Positions 38,301 through 54,049 of a DNA stretch of 64,000 nucleotides are shown here, piece by piece. Location: contig NW_003526943.1 of assembly GCF_000181795.1 (NCBI RefSeq), forward strand, positions 4,491,228-4,555,227, written 5' to 3'. A program made the translations under genes and the position numbers. The DNA is from Trichinella spiralis (lineage: Eukaryota). Below the pieces are notes generated by a model. That model did no database searches, was not told where the DNA came from, and saw nothing but the letters and a program-made list of their open reading frames with translations. Each line of letters starts with the position of its first letter. The first letter of the stretch is position 1.

Positions 38301-41300
38301 GGCTTCTTCAACAACGCTTACAATGAATTCTAATCTGAGAACCAACCAAACAATTGTTTCTTCTCTAATAAGGCGTTTATGTTAATAAGAATTTGTAAAG
38401 GTTAAATATAGTAATATTATTCTTAAAAAAGAAGAAATAAGCTGTCATTTGGTACAACAAGGCTTTCGAACTGTAAAACAAAATTCTTCAGTAAACGTAT
38501 GTAACACGAAGCCTGTTATATGTATTATTTTAACTTGTGTATTTGTGAATTTTTGATGAAGTTTTGAATGCCAGTAAGTTTATTGAATTACGTTCATAAT
38601 TTTGCAATGCCATCTATTAATATTAACACTTTTATGCATTTAAAACTATATAAAACTGCTTGCTTGAAATAAATGTACTGTTATTTATGCTTGCTAAATT
38701 TAAATAAATCAATTTTGAATTAATGTTTTAATAAAACATGATTTTTGTCTGAACATTTTCAGTTTCACCGTTGCGGAAATTTGTTACTCATGTTATATGC
38801 TTATTTTCTTAACAAAGTTATTTTAAACATTTGCTAATTTGCATGTATTATGTTTAAAGATAGCTATTTGTATATTATCACAGTTGTTAAGTGAACTAAC
38901 TAAAAGAAAAGCAATATTTATATCAATAGATATTTCTTGAGTGCATACGTTTGTGCGAGAAGAATATTTTAATAAAAAATGAAATGCAAAAATTGAGCTA
39001 ATAATAAGTGAATATTATTTAAAAAATATTTTATTTCAAAACACATTGCATACAATTGTTTTAATTTATAAGTAATATACTGATAAAAAGCAATTTCAAA
39101 GTGGTATATCATTTTAGGAGAAAGAGAAACTGTTTCATAATAAAAAAGAAGAGTTTTATTTTACATAAATGTAATTTTAAATATACTATAAAAAAATCAA
39201 AATGAGATTTTTGAATTTGGTGTTGTTGTTGTTGTTGCGAATCTGCAAATGCTTTTTCAACTGTGATAATTTTGGGATTAGCTATACAATATGTAACGTC
39301 TACAGTTTGACACTATTATAATCTAAGTTTACTTTCAGCTGTCAAGAGAATTTTCTTGCTCAGTTCACTTGCATATTGATCATTGCCATGTTGTCATCTG
39401 ACGCTTGCCTTTAAATTCACTCAACTAAGATCTTAATTATCTGTCTAATTTGTTCCAATATACTTCAACTATAAAAATTGATTGCTTTCTTCAATCAGTG
39501 TTTACAACCACCGGTTGGAATTGTTTCGCTTGCTGTTGTACAGTACTATTTTTCTGCAAAATGCTGTTCAGTTTACCAGAGGGTAAGTTTCAATCACATA
39601 TTTTGCAAATACATGCTTCCAAATTATCATTTTTCTTTATTCTTATTAATTGTTCCCTTTTCTGATACAATTATTTAAAATAAAACCCATTCAAGTTATT
39701 TTAATGGACATTATATATCTACTGTTAACTTGGTTTATTGAGAGTGATATCATCAAGAAAAAACATATAATAAAGAGGAAAATGTTAACAAGAAGAATTG
39801 TAAATTATTCGAATTTTAAGAAACACTGAATGATATAATTTTTTTATACTTTACTTATTCAAATTAATTATAATCATATTAATGAAAACAAAATATGTTA
39901 CATGCAGTTTAAAGTGACATTCAAATAAATCTTCATCAATTAATATGATAAAGGAACCATATTTTGCTAGAAACTTTTATACATCTTTGGATAATTTATA
40001 CAATACTGCAATGATATACGAATTATTTATTTTCTAAAAAAACTGGAAAAAATAAAATGGCATAAGCATTAATGCTGTATAAACATTGCTTAGTTTAATT
40101 TGAAATGTTATTTCATTGTAATTATTATATAAAAAATATACAAATCTGAAAATATCGTGCTATTTTATTGTCATTTTTTAAATATTTTAATTTACGCAAG
40201 TATTAGGCAGAAAAATAGTTATGGAATTATGTATTTACTGATGTTTTAATTTACACTTCACTGTAACATGAGACAACGGTGCATAGTTTAGTTATGAAGA
40301 ATTGAGATTTACATCTCAGGTCATAGAAATAAGATGATTATTTTTAATTAATTATTAATTCGTTGTATTTAATATTTTAGACATTTCATAAAATAATAAT
40401 AATGATAGGAATAATATTTAGCATGCTGAAGTTAAATTAAAATTAAAAATTAATCGTTTTATCATGAAAAGAAGTTGATAGAATTTGCAACATAGGATAA
40501 TTAGAATTTCTAAAATGATATTAAATCAGCTTATCTGAACATGTCATTATGAAAATTTTACAACCGCAATTTATTTTAACGCGAAAAGTGCCAACTTGCT
40601 TACTTCCTTGTATAGTAAAATTTTCCATTTTTAAAACTCATTTGTCTTAACGAAGCTGTAAAATTGTAAATGCCTTGTTTTAATTATTAAGGATTATTAA
40701 TGCATTCTTCTTCCATTAAACCTTTATTGAGCTTCCTGTCACAAAAGCAAAATAGGCTTCTCACCAAATGCAGTTCATATTTGAGCATTCGAAACGAAGC
40801 TTATCGATTTAACCTAATGTTAAAATAAAAACTTTAATTCTCTTTCTTTTTTTGCATATCACGCATATATCAATAAAGCAGATAAAAATTATTGATGCAA
40901 TATTTACAAAAATGTTAATATAGATTAAACTACATACATGCAGTAATATTGTAGAATAATCATTTAATTTGCCTCATAAGTAAAGTATCATCTGTTTACT
41001 GATCTTGAGCAGTTTGAACGTGCTAGCAAAACTATCGAAAAGCCAGCTTTGAAAACTATAAAAAAATTTCTGTTTATTCTAACAAGCACAGAACATACGT
41101 TGACTAGTTTTATTAAATCAGTTATTTTATTACTTAATTTTTCAAAAATCAATTTCTAGTTGACGCTGCTTTAGTATGACTTCATGCATTTATTTATTAT
41201 CTGCTGTAAATTAAAATAGTTCTTTTCTATTTTTTGTTTTTAATGAAGTATTTACCTTTTTTTTATGAACTACTATAACTTATTTTATTTATAATAAGTT

Positions 41301-44300
41301 ATTTCTATAACTTTCATTTTTTATGTATAGGAATCAGTGTAATATATTTTTTTAAATTGCATATTGAAATGAATCAATTCTGATTTTGAAGTCAAAATTA
41401 TAAATTGTTCATTTGATTTGAAATAAATGATGCAGTTTCAGTTGTGCAATCAAACTGTTAATTTGCATTCAATTCTGAAATTTAAAGTTTTCAGTTATAT
41501 TGAGTTTGCATTTCAGGGGGATATTTTTTTTTCTGCACATCTCAAAATTTATAAATAGATTTTGCCTACTTTATTTTACTTTTTGGAATGTCAGCTTTGC
41601 AGGTTTTTTGAAATTTTCTAAATTTTGAACAGCTCAAAAATTTTAAATACATCGTTAGATATTTATTTTCAACAATTATGCATGGAAGGTCATTTTTGAA
41701 TCAAAAACTAACAAATTAATCAAACATCAAAAACAAATTATACTAAATATCTTATTTTAAAATCAAACCAAATCAAAAAATTACAAGATCATTTTATTAT
41801 TCGGTATAATTAAGCATAAAATGGAATCAACTTCCTTTAGAAAATTTGAATATTTTACAGAACTTTTTGTTTTTGCATTGAATTCAGATATGACGAGATG
41901 TTTCAAATGTAACATTGCATAAATTGAGTGATTTTTAGTTGTTATGTGGACTAATGAAACATTATTTGTTTTTATGAGATTTGAATAGCAATAGCAAACT
42001 GCTATTATTCATTGAAGATGATTTCATGTGAATAGCTTGAAACATAAAAATGATTTCATCGATTAAATTTCATCATGGTAAACTTATTTTACGAATCGAG
42101 CCAGTCAATATCCTTTGTTGATTTGCATCATATAGAAAGAATATTTTTAAAATATGTTTTATAATAATGTCGTTAATTTAAATAAAACCTTGTCATTGAA
42201 AATGTTTGCATTTATGAGATACAAAATAAAAAAAATATATACATTATTTTACAATGTTAAGCATTAACATACCACAAAGCTGTTAACAAAAATAGTTTTA
42301 CTTGGAAAGCACATAAATGCTGTGTATAAATTTTTTTACATTTTAAAAATGGAAATAACTTTTCCGTGTTAAATAATATGCAAATTTTAATTTAGTTAAT
42401 TATCGATGTTTATTAACAACAGCATTATCATTCAATTTCCGTAACTTTGAGTTATATAATTAATCAATAATATCGTAACTTCATTATAATTTTATTAATT
42501 GCTGTCAATTTCAAATGTTTATTTTTTCATTTTTTGGTTTTTGTTTAACGATAATCAGTATGCTGATATTTAATGTGAAGATATTGGTAATTTGTTTATT
42601 TGTACGATTTATTTCTGATTGAAGTTTAGATAATTAAATTAAAGTATAATAACGCAATTAAAGTTAAAAAATTGTACACTGCAGCATTAAATGGAATGCA
42701 TATGAAAATATGTTTTTGAGAATTTTTGAGGGAAAGAGGGAATTATTGTAAAGATTCTACTCTACTAATAAATTATGAGCATCTAGTTGAAGTCCATCTA
42801 AATGAATTGAACGTGATTGTATTTGTTTAATAATATTATAAATTTTGATTGTAATAAAATTTTTATTTTTGGAAGAAACTTTTTGCAGGCAAGCAAATTT
42901 TCACTTTTAAAAATAGATTTTTTGTTAAATTTTTCGAAGTAATACAGCTGATTAATATTGGTTTATCAAAATTATTGCCTAAATTAATTAACTGCTAACT
43001 GAAGATACATGCGCGTGATGTGGAAGAATAAAACACGAGTGCATTTTCATTTTAGGATGCTGATCTTGAAATAAATTTATTTAAACTTATTCGTTTACAA
43101 AGTATTTACCATAATATTATTATTTTAAAATAAAGCTAATATTGATAATTAATTACTAATTTTAGATACGCATTTTAGTTTGTTTTAAATACGATTTGCT
43201 TACATTCTTTTAAAAGTGGAAGAAATCGATTTATAAAAGTTCATTGTTTCCAATAGTAGAGAAACAATAAATTTTTATAAATCAATTTTTCAGGAATAAT
43301 AAAAAGACAAAAAGACATTGCCATCGGTGCTAACTAATCATCTTACTATTACAGGGCACTTACTCAATGGTGCACATTAGATTTATATTCTATTATTACT
43401 TTTGTGTGAGCTTGTATTTTTTAATTAAATAAATAAAATTATTATTGTAGACAATATTTTTATTCTTATTTGCTTTTGAAAAACCACAACAACGAGTGCC
43501 TGTATGCCAATATTAATACAAATAAGCATGATTTAAAAATTAATGTCCAACAATAAATAAATTTACCACATTATTATAAAATTTTCCATTAAACAGTAAC
43601 GAACTGTTGACGTGAATGCACTTTGAATTCAATGCGCACAATTTAATATTTATTTAAAATGTTTAAAAAAATAATTAAAAACAATTTTATTGAATGTGGT
43701 AATATTAAATGTGTGATTTATACAATCACGATATATAAAAGATGATCGACATATAAAAATTTCTATACAGACATAGTTTATGGCTTTTGACTTTTAAATT
43801 AACAGAGACTTATCAGTTTTTAAATGCTTGCTTGTTGTTAGATTTTGATTTCTTTTGTACAAAAGACAAGAGCAGAAGACAAAAATTGCTTTCATGAAGG
43901 TGAGCTGTTGCACATGTTGCACATCTCAATGATTCAGTTTAGTAAAGGTGGTCGAATTCAATTTACATCAAAATTAGAAAAATATTATATGTTATTAGTG
44001 AATAATTATGCTGTTATATAATTAATTCAAAATCGTCGACAGCTTTTAGTATTCACTTTTTGGAGCATATCTTTTCAATTTCATGCTGACTGATGCTATT
44101 TATTAAAATTAATTTTTTATAAATGAAATTCATAAATGACACTTTTAATAATGAATCAATTTTACCGAGCAAATGAATACTGATGTATGTAATTTTTTTA
44201 ATGGCATACAGTGAAGGGTCAAATAACAAGGACACTAATAATATATTGATTGATTGAAAAGAATCGTTTAGAATTTAAAACTGAATTATTTTATCAAGCT

Positions 44301-47300
44301 CACTGTTTAAAGGTGCCATGTGGTATAGTTTGTTGGAAATTTGCCAGTTGGAAAATATTCCTGCCGTCTGGCGACTTCCCGCTCAGAGGTAGCTAGCTGA
44401 ACGCGACGACGCTACTAGATGCTCAGATTTCAATAATTTTCATGCACTGCTCTATGAAACAAGAAAAAGAAGAAGGAGGAGGAGAAAAAGCACATTTTCA
44501 GGTGAGAAGATTATATTGTAGATTGTTTGCCTTTTGTTTAAATTGGTGTGATAAAAAACGATTGCATAACAAACAATATATTACAGTTAACTAAAGAAAA
44601 ACTTTTTTCTATTAAATGTTAACATAAAGTTATTTTTTAAAATCTGTATCAAAATATTTCTTTCTTTAGTATTTTTCATTAACTTCATGATATTTTTTTT
44701 AAATATTAATGATATAGAGGCATTTTAAACGTTTAAAAATATAATACGCTTGCCGATAGAGGTTTAATAATTAATGAAATATTATTTGATGTGCTATCTA
44801 GAAATTGCATAGAGTGAGAATTATTTTTTTTGCGAAAGAGAAATAAAAATAAGTATGCAGTGATCGAGAGAAGCTTTGAACAGAATTTAAGCATATTTAT
44901 TTACTCTTGTTGTATTAGTTAGTTGTTTTGATAATTAGTGGTCACTTTTCAAATTAAATACATTTGCGTAAATTTTATTGCTTTTCATTAGTCATATGAC
45001 TGTGATGATTGTGTTTCAATAATTTTAATCGAACTGCACTGCCCACAAACTGCATGATCTGTGCGTGTGTGTCTGTGTGATTCATTCCATTTTGAGTATT
45101 GAAAATTTTTGCCAACTAATTTTCGAGTAAGTAAATCATAAATAATCCGTGGAAGGCGACAATTTCCGCAACGCCTCAGATGACACTGGATAAAATGCAC
45201 TAAGTTAAACATGGCAATTATCATCAGTTGTGAAATATTGATCGAAAACCAATTCCTTTGTGTGGGAATTTTTCTTATTATCTGTATAATTTGATTCGCT
45301 ATAGCCAACTGATGCACGTAGATGAAACGTTTATGTGTATTTTTCATTTTTTAATTTAAATAACATTCATTCAAATCTCGACGATTTGGCACGATTAATT
45401 CTCCTCCAGAACTTTGTATTTCTGTATTTCCAAAAGATTCTATTCACTATTAGTGTTAAGGTGTTGTTGTAAATTGCATGGCATATTTTCACTTTGAAAT
45501 TTTCTTATTAATTCAGAACCAGTAGATATTCTATCTATACAATTTAAATAATCCAAGCTACTTCTGTCATTCAGTGTTGCAGTATATGCAAAATATTTTT
45601 TAGTTCTGTATCCCACAGTTATGTTGTAATTCTTTGAAGACAGTTGATTGTAGATTTTATTTTTAAAAATGCAATTTATTTGCGTTATTAATAGTTATTT
45701 TGTGAAGCTGTTGATAATATTTTAAAGTAAAGTTTACAATCTTTTAGATTAATATAAAAACGCGCTTTTTCATCATAATATTGCAACGGTTTTCTAATGA
45801 TGCATGGAAAAGCAATAATTCAGCAAATGAAATATTGTTCCCAAGCAAACTTCACTTGGAGAATTTTTTAAATTTGAATTATTTTACAGTAATAAATTCT
45901 AGCATTGAACAGTTAACAAAAAGACAACAGAAGTGATTTACGTCAGCTATTACATTTGATTAATAAAATTTCATTCAGTTGAAATGTTTTTGATATTTCT
46001 TAAATTTAATTGATCATAATTTAATTTAATTGATTTATGCGACCAAAACGGCATTCATCGCAAAGAATTTTCTCTTGCCTAATTATCCCCGTTGCATTGT
46101 TCTTGCATAAGCAGGTTACCAAATGCTGATCCTTGGAACAATATTTCCATTTTAAATTCAATAATTGCAACTGCCAACAATTTCCGTAAATTTATCTAAT
46201 GAATTTTGCAATTTCAATCAGACAATAATGGATGAATTGTTGAGAAAGATGTGCAACCGAAGTGCACTGAATTCAACAGATTGTTCAACAAATATTTTTT
46301 TCTTACCTAAAGAACATAAAATTTACGTGCAATATTCAATTGAAGAAATAATTATGAATAATTTTTCCTAATTTTGATCAACTTACCAAAGTAATTATGC
46401 AATATGTTATGAATGAAAATCAAAAAAATATCCACTGAAATGCATTAATTGAAAATTACATTAAATAGTTTACACATGCAACAAATTCCAATAATTAGTT
46501 CAATAATAAAGCTGTTTTTTATGTTATCACTACCATTTTTGATCTCTTGTCACGTACTACCATTGCTTTTCATTTAAAATATGAATGCGTGTATTTTTAT
46601 TGAAATTTATGATAAGTTGCTAATTGTAATTTAAAAAAATAATTAAAAAATATTTTTGCAATAGCAATATGCAATGACTTTTTAATGAGTAGATGATTTT
46701 TCAAAACTGTATTTTAATTTGTTGAAAAATAAGAAAACATCTGAAGCAGGGGTAAATCATCATTTTTAATAAACGGAATAAGTTACAGTAATATTAATTT
46801 AAAGTTTTTTTTATGATTTCTGGTTTTTAATAAACTTTAAAAATTAATGCATAGATTACTGTAAAAATTGTTGTTTAATTCATTTGCAGTATGAAATATA
46901 AAAATATGATTTAATAATTTAAATTTTAAAATAATTTTAAATATCGTTATCGGTGCAAATAAGTACATTGGACACTTTTGCATTTTATAGATTATCAATA
47001 TTATTGTTATTGTTAATTATTAGATATACTATGATCAGCTACGTTCATTTCTATTCATTTATATTTTACAATGGAACTGCCATATTATGGCATTTTGGAA
47101 AAAGCTTTTCATTTAGCATTGCAGCACATGCACAATTTATTAAAAATTAAAAAGTAGTTTAATTTTAAACTAGATTAATATTTAAAAAGAAAAAATTTTA
47201 TTTTTCAGCTCAGTCTTTTCAGCTCAGTTGTAATTATTGTAGAGTTATTCTAATAAGAAAAGATGTTGAAAATTGTTGAGCAAATATTTCAACAAATATT

Positions 47301-50300
47301 TTGATAAAGTGATTAAATTAACGGTAAAAAATAGAAGAACTGAATTGAAAATTTTTCTATTATCGAAGAATTATTCTTTGTTATTAATATAATTAATATT
47401 ATGGGCATTATTGCTGCTTTAAATTTATGAACTTCATTAATAAATAATGTTTTTTCAATTATTCATGAGTAATATTTATTCAAACTGCTTGGCAATTATA
47501 CATTATTGCTTCAGAAACATGCGATGAATGAAAACAAAGGTGAACATTCCCTGCAAAGGATGAATTAAAATATTAAAAATTAAAACAGTCATTATGCTCT
47601 CTGTTTTGAAATTATTGGGAGAAATAATTTTAAAGAAATAAAGATGATCAAATCCATATAGAATTTAATTGAATAATAATTAAGTTTTCAATAAAGGGTG
47701 ATTAATTTTAGAATGTCAAAAAAGAAAAAAATCTCCATGGTATTCGTGTCTTTTGTACTTTTTCTTTCATACTATACTATCATTTAAAGATTTTACGGTT
47801 TATTTTGAGAATTACATAAATTGGCATTAATTTGTTTTTGATTTGCATTCAGTATTGTTTCTCATTACTGTATTATTGTATGATGATTTTTTTGGGGTTG
47901 GGCAATTTGTGCTTGTACAAGAAATTTGTTTGTTTACTTGTTCAGTGGAATTAATGAAAAATACAATACAGTTTATGCATATATATTGTTTATATGAACA
48001 ATTTGCTTGTCACTGCGATGAGGAGGAGAGTTCATTAAACATTTTCTTGACCAATTAGTAAATTTTATTGTAAATATTTAGGTTCTGTTCCATTGACAAG
48101 GCTAATTGTCAGTAACTGACTGACTGACTGTCTTGACAAGTGAACACTTTTCCTTCTCTTTTTAGCTCAGTAGTAAGCATGTTTTAAATTTTGAGATAAT
48201 CTTCATCATTAAAATACAAAAATCACTACATTAAGCAGTTTAAACTTTTATTTTTATCCGTCTAAACAATAACAACTTTATCAAGCTTTTATTTTTTGAA
48301 TTTAAGTCAAATTTGCAGTCTGCATGCTTTGACTTAGATAAATAAATAAAATAAGAAGTGAAAATATGTATTTTATCGCAGTATGACAAATTATTATCTG
48401 TTAGGATGTTTGAAATGACATTCAAATTATTTACATTCAAACACAATCCTTGCATTGTTTATTATACTGGATGCTTGTTTTGTTGATGCTTGCTGCTCGT
48501 AAACACTAAGTGGACTGATGTTAATATGGCCGGCAACTGCTTGAATCCAGCAAACTTAGCAATGAAATACGTCCAAAAAACATAATGCAAATTTTATTTT
48601 ATAAATTTATTTTTAAAAAAGTGAAATGCATATAACGTCTGTTCTTTTTTTTGAAAGTGATTATTTTACAATTTTCAAAAATTACTTTTTGAGGTAATAA
48701 TGGAATTTTTATAAATAATTTTTGCTTTTTTTTCATTACAGAATTTTTAAAGCTTTGTTTTGCATATTCCAAAAATAAAAAATAAATTATGAAAAGCGCA
48801 ATAAAAAAGAAAATTCAATTTTACACGTTTTTTCTTTTAACAAGTAATTCTTATTCTTTTTTGTTGCATACATATATTTTCTTTGATGAATGATCTATTT
48901 TTTGAAATGCCCTACGATTTGAAAAGAAAAAGTAACAAATTCAATAAATATATTTCACTGAAAATAGATTTTAATTTTTTTCGAAATAAAGTTTTAATTC
49001 CAATTGAATTTTATTTAATGTTAAATGAAATATTTTTATATTTCAGATTATTTTTCAATTTAATATGAAATGAAAATAATAAATAAGATATAAATAAAAT
49101 AACAATAATGAAATCTAATAAATGAATTGAAGCAATTATTAGAATAAATTTTGAGCAATAATGATTTCAAAACATGCAAAGTGGTCGGTTTTAATAAGTG
49201 AAAGTGTTTGAAAATGCGCAAAGTGGAAAAAGAGTGAAAAAAAAAGAGTGAAAATATATGCTATTTGTTTATTTGTGTGAATTTTCATTAATGAATCAAA
49301 ATTTTGCAATAGAAATAACAGAATCAAGAAAAGGATTTAGTTGCTTTATAGTATGTGAATTTTTGTTGATTATTTACGTTTTAAATGAGAATGAGCTTTG
49401 CTCTGCTTTGGTTAGCTTTAGATGTGTTGCATGCAGTGAATGCTCGTATGACATCTCCAGATTGAGTCTTTTTCATTAAACCTGATTATCCTATTGACTT
49501 TCAAGAGATTAAGTACTTGAAATAAATTGATTAGCCAGTTACAACGTCATCTTCATTTCCCTCTTAATAAAATTCTATGAGACCCATTCACAGAGACACA
49601 CACTTGCTATTGAAAAAGTTGATCAACAATAAAATCATTCCCGCAATGTGATTTTTACTACCCAATTAATATTCAATTTCCAATATTTTCCGGTAAATAT
49701 TTCACTTCTCAGTTAGTCTCGTAATAATTATTGATTTACAATCTTTTTCATATTTTTCATTTATTATTTTGTCATTGACTATTTTCTCTTTTAGTATTAA
49801 CTTTCTTTGGACTTTGGAAAATTTATTATTTACGTATATGTATCGTACATTAATTGCAATTATACATAAATCAAATGAGGCATACAGAAATGCACAGCAG
49901 AGCACACTGAGACCATTAGAGTAATTAAAAATTAAATAGAATATGAATGGAATACAAAAAAGATGAAAAGATTTATTTCAAATTATTTACAAAGTTTTTG
50001 TGAAAGATCATAGAAAAATATTCTATAATTCTTTATATTTTTAATCATTTTCTTCAGTGAATTTTTGCAATACTGTTTTTTTTGGATTTTTGAGGAAATG
50101 AATTTTTCAAACTTATTCAGTTATTCCGAAAAATTCAGCTTTTTAATGTGGTTTAATGGAATTAATTATTAATGATTTCCATTGAAATCTACTTCAAAAT
50201 TAATGATATTTTCTAAATTTAAAAAGTATTTTATACTAATCATGAAATATTTGTGTTTATTTGTAGATAAAGAAAGACACAAAATATTTTCAGCTTTTCT

Positions 50301-50946
50301 TTTTTCTGTATAAGATGATTTTATTTTCAATTATTTCTTGCTAAATAATCGTCAAATTTCTTATATTTTAATATAAAATTAGCAAAATGCAAAAAATTAT
50401 ATTATGACATATAATTCAATTTCAAAAATAATTTTCAATTTTTGAGATAGCATTTGAATGAATCCCTTTTTACATTTTATTGAGCATAATTTACAAAATA
50501 ATTGAGCTGTAGTTCTTTCTCAATCTCTGAATTATGTTTCAATGATGTATTCAAAATGGAAATTCTCTTGAAGTGTTTTTTCTTGTTTTTTCCACTATAT
50601 TTTCCATTTTTTAAATTTATTGTAAATTTAAATTAAATTACTGTAAAGGACTTTGTAAATACGATTAATATTAATAGAACTTTATTTAAGAGAGATGAAT
50701 GAATCATTTTACAGAATCTTGTATGCAACAACTTTCATTGTAAATAATGAATGTGAAAATGCCGTTCGTTTTGTGAATGAAAATTGTTTGTATATTTTTA
50801 CACTAAAAGTATAATTGTGATGGTAAATTATGATGTAAAATTAAAAAAGAGACACACACACACACATATATATACATATGTGCATTACTTTTCAGGTATT
50901 TTATAGAAGACATTTCTAAGTAAGAGATATTCAATGATCATCAACG

Positions 50947-52185
50947 ATGAGCAAACTCACAAAAAATTGTGAAGCTATAGAAAAAAACAAAACTGTATTA
51001 TCAGTTATGATACAAGATTGCAAAGGTACTTATGAATTATGTGACAATACTTGTTATTACAATTCTTACGTGCAAAGCTTGAACGCTCTTTGGCCACAGC
51101 AGTTTGCCTATCCAATTTATGGTGTTGTTTTTCCAATTCTTCTTTTTCTGACCATTGTTTCCAATGTATTTATTGTTATTATATTGTCAAGAAAGCATAT
51201 GGCTTCCTCAACAAATCGCTGCCTGCTCTACATGGCTATAGCAGATCTGTTTGTTGGCATTGTTCCGTTTCCGTTTACTTTTTTTTACTTCAGCTTACGG
51301 AATTTTGAAAACGAGCAAACTGAGCTGAAATCTTGGTGGTGCTATATGGCTCATTATTTGATGGATGCGCTACCGCCGATTGCTCACAATATTGCCATCT
51401 GGTTGACAGTGTTACTAGCATTTCAGCGGTATATTTTTATCTGCAATCCATTCCTGGCGAAACGATTATGCACTTTGAAAAGGGTCGAACTTGCTTCGGC
51501 TTGTATACTTGTAATTTCACTTCTTTTTGGCACTTTAAAACTGTACGATGTGGAAATATCAGTATTTCATGGTGTCCACGTCGATTTTGGATACACTCGC
51601 CTTTGTATGTTCCAGGCATCTGCTGTTCTGTCCTTTTTTGGAGAAAATGCTCTGTACAGTTCATATTTTTGGATAAGGGCTACAGTTTATGTATTTATAC
51701 CAAGTGTGATGTTGATCATTTTCAATGCGCTTCTTATGCGGGAAGTTAATGTGGCAAAGCAGAGACGGAAACGATTAGCCATTCGACGAGGATCTAACGA
51801 AACAAAATCACTTTCTGAAAATTATGATATAAATTTGATGTTGGTCATCGTCGTCACTCTTTTTTTAGTGGTCAATCTTCCACAAGGAATTTATTTTGTC
51901 CTTGTTTGCATCAATCAATCTTTCGACCTTAACCTTTCCTTGTTCGAAAGTGAATATTTAAATTTATTTCTAATGATTGACAATATGCTTATTATTGCCA
52001 CATATCCATTGAATTTTGCAATTTATTGCAGTATGAGTTCAAAATTTCGAGAAACTTTTAAAACTATGATATACGGGATGCTACATCTAAAAGAATCGAC
52101 TTGCCCTAATCAAACTGTTGGGATAGATAAGCCTCTACTTTATTCGTCCCGCTCAGAAAAAACAAAATCCACAGCGATTCCATAA
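50947..52185 (+). CDS. Rhodopsin-class neuropeptide GPCR, sex peptide/MIP receptor (SPR/sprr)-like, intronless CDS
   Basis: 412 aa with 7 hydrophobic segments. YGVVFPILLFLTIVSNVFIVIILSRKHM, MAIADLF, HNIAIWLTVLLAFQRYIFIC and YPLNFAIYCSMSSKFRETF match SPR-family motifs. Confidence 0.88.
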   Translation: MSKLTKNCEAIEKNKTVLSVMIQDCKGTYELCDNTCYYNSYVQSLNALWPQQFAYPIYGVVFPILLFLTIVSNVFIVIILSRKHMASSTNRCLLYMAIADLFVGIVPFPFTFFYFSLRNFENEQTELKSWWCYMAHYLMDALPPIAHNIAIWLTVLLAFQRYIFICNPFLAKRLCTLKRVELASACILVISLLFGTLKLYDVEISVFHGVHVDFGYTRLCMFQASAVLSFFGENALYSSYFWIRATVYVFIPSVMLIIFNALLMREVNVAKQRRKRLAIRRGSNETKSLSENYDINLMLVIVVTLFLVVNLPQGIYFVLVCINQSFDLNLSLFESEYLNLFLMIDNMLIIATYPLNFAIYCSMSSKFRETFKTMIYGMLHLKESTCPNQTVGIDKPLLYSSRSEKTKSTAIP

Positions 52186-54049
52186 TACTGTTTTTGCTTT
52201 TATTAAAAATAATTAAATATAATTGCAGTCTGTGAAACTGAATGCTTGAATAACATGTATGAAAAAGATAAATTATAAATAACAAGAAAAGTATGATTTA
52301 TCATCAATAATAAATTACGGTGCAATAATTAATGATTGCATTATATTAAAGTAGTGCCAAATTAATTCAACAAAAATTATTCATAACGTTAGTTGACAAA
52401 AATTGCAATTATAATGTCCAGCAATCCATTGCATTAAGACACTTTATAATGAGAATTTTGTAATATGTATCTTTTTATATTTTGAAGATTTATTCTAGAT
52501 TTTTTATGTTCATAAACAGTGAAAAAGTATTTTATAAAATAATTTTTTTTCAAGAAGAAAATAAAAAGTATTCCTTGACATACATAAATAAAAGTTTAAA
52601 ATTTAAAACACGTCAGAAGTTGACTTATTTTCATCATTATAAAAAGCATTTTGTAGTAAAAATATGATTAAGCCTTGTTCATATCCTGCATGACAGAACA
52701 TTTTAGTCTAGCATATTTATAAATATTAACTTCTTTTCTATAATATTTATGCAAAGTAATAAATAATTTAATAATTTAAATCAGTGGTCATTGACATTTT
52801 TTCCTCATGCATCTTTTTTACTGTTTGTCAGAACGTCATTACCTCTCCCCCCCTCTTGCAGACTGTTTGACTCCAAATAATGCAAATATAATATTAAAAA
52901 TATATGTATATTGTTACAGGTACTCAATTATTTTCATAGCGGAGTTTGCCATTTCAATAGACAAAATTCCCAACAGAATGCCAGGGTATTGTAATTCATT
53001 CCATTCTGAGTTTACAAATCTGAAGACAGAATTCCTCCTCCCCTCCCCCTCCTCCCCAGTTGAGAATTCCTGATTTATATTTAGTGTAAATGAATTTTGT
53101 AAGCTGTAAGTGTAATTGTGAATGAAAAGCGTAATTGTAAGCTTAAAGTTACAAATGTGGATGTATTTTTAGAAATAAGTTTAATTTTCATAACAGAATG
53201 CATTTTAATGACGTCTTTTAATATTCTAAATTCAACACCATTTATTAAATAAAATAAAATTTTAGTGGCATTTCTCTTTCAATGTTATTATTATTTGAAA
53301 TATCTCAATTATTATGCAAAATAGTAGTAGCTTTGCACATTTAACAACTCGGGAGTATAATAATTCTTTTTATTCTTAATATTTTATCGCATTATCGACT
53401 AATGCATTCTTGCCTATTTTATCACAATGATTTGTTTTTTTTTAATTTTTTAGTGCTTTTATAAACAAGATTATTGTTCAATTTCAAGCTTCAACAAACA
53501 CTGCATTCATCTATTTTTATTATCACAATTTTGATTTTTAATGATTATCCATTAATAAGTTTTTATTGTTTTTGAAGCAACTAATAAAGCACTCTTGTTT
53601 TCAGTCAGTAAAAAGTGAGCATCAAATATTTTATGACGCATATGAAAACTGAAAGATGAAGTTTTTTATGATTTTTTGATTTCAACGTAGTTTTCATTCT
53701 TAATCAATTTTATTTCAATAAAATTCAAAACAAAGTAACTGATGTGATGTATCAATTTGGCAGGAAATTTTTTGAAACTATACTGACAGTATACTCTTAC
53801 TATTGGTTGAAACTTTTACCATAAAATGATAAAATACTGCACAAGTAATGGGTAATAAAAATTGAAAATTATAATGCCATGCTTAACAAATAGTCAGCTT
53901 TGATCATAACAATAATAGATGATGAAATCTTTAAAAATTTTATTTCAATAAGAAGTATATTTATCCAGACTGCATTGATCAATTTGCAAATTTTCTAATG
54001 TATAAAGTTATAAAAAATGAATATTACTTCTTTTGCAGTGAAAGATTTA

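Noticed and set aside
33410..49905. Scattered 60-120 aa ORFs
   Set aside because: F/I/L/K/N-rich translations typical of random AT-rich DNA.
51051..51749. Alternative-frame ORFs inside the GPCR
   Set aside because: Shadow frames of the 412-aa receptor.
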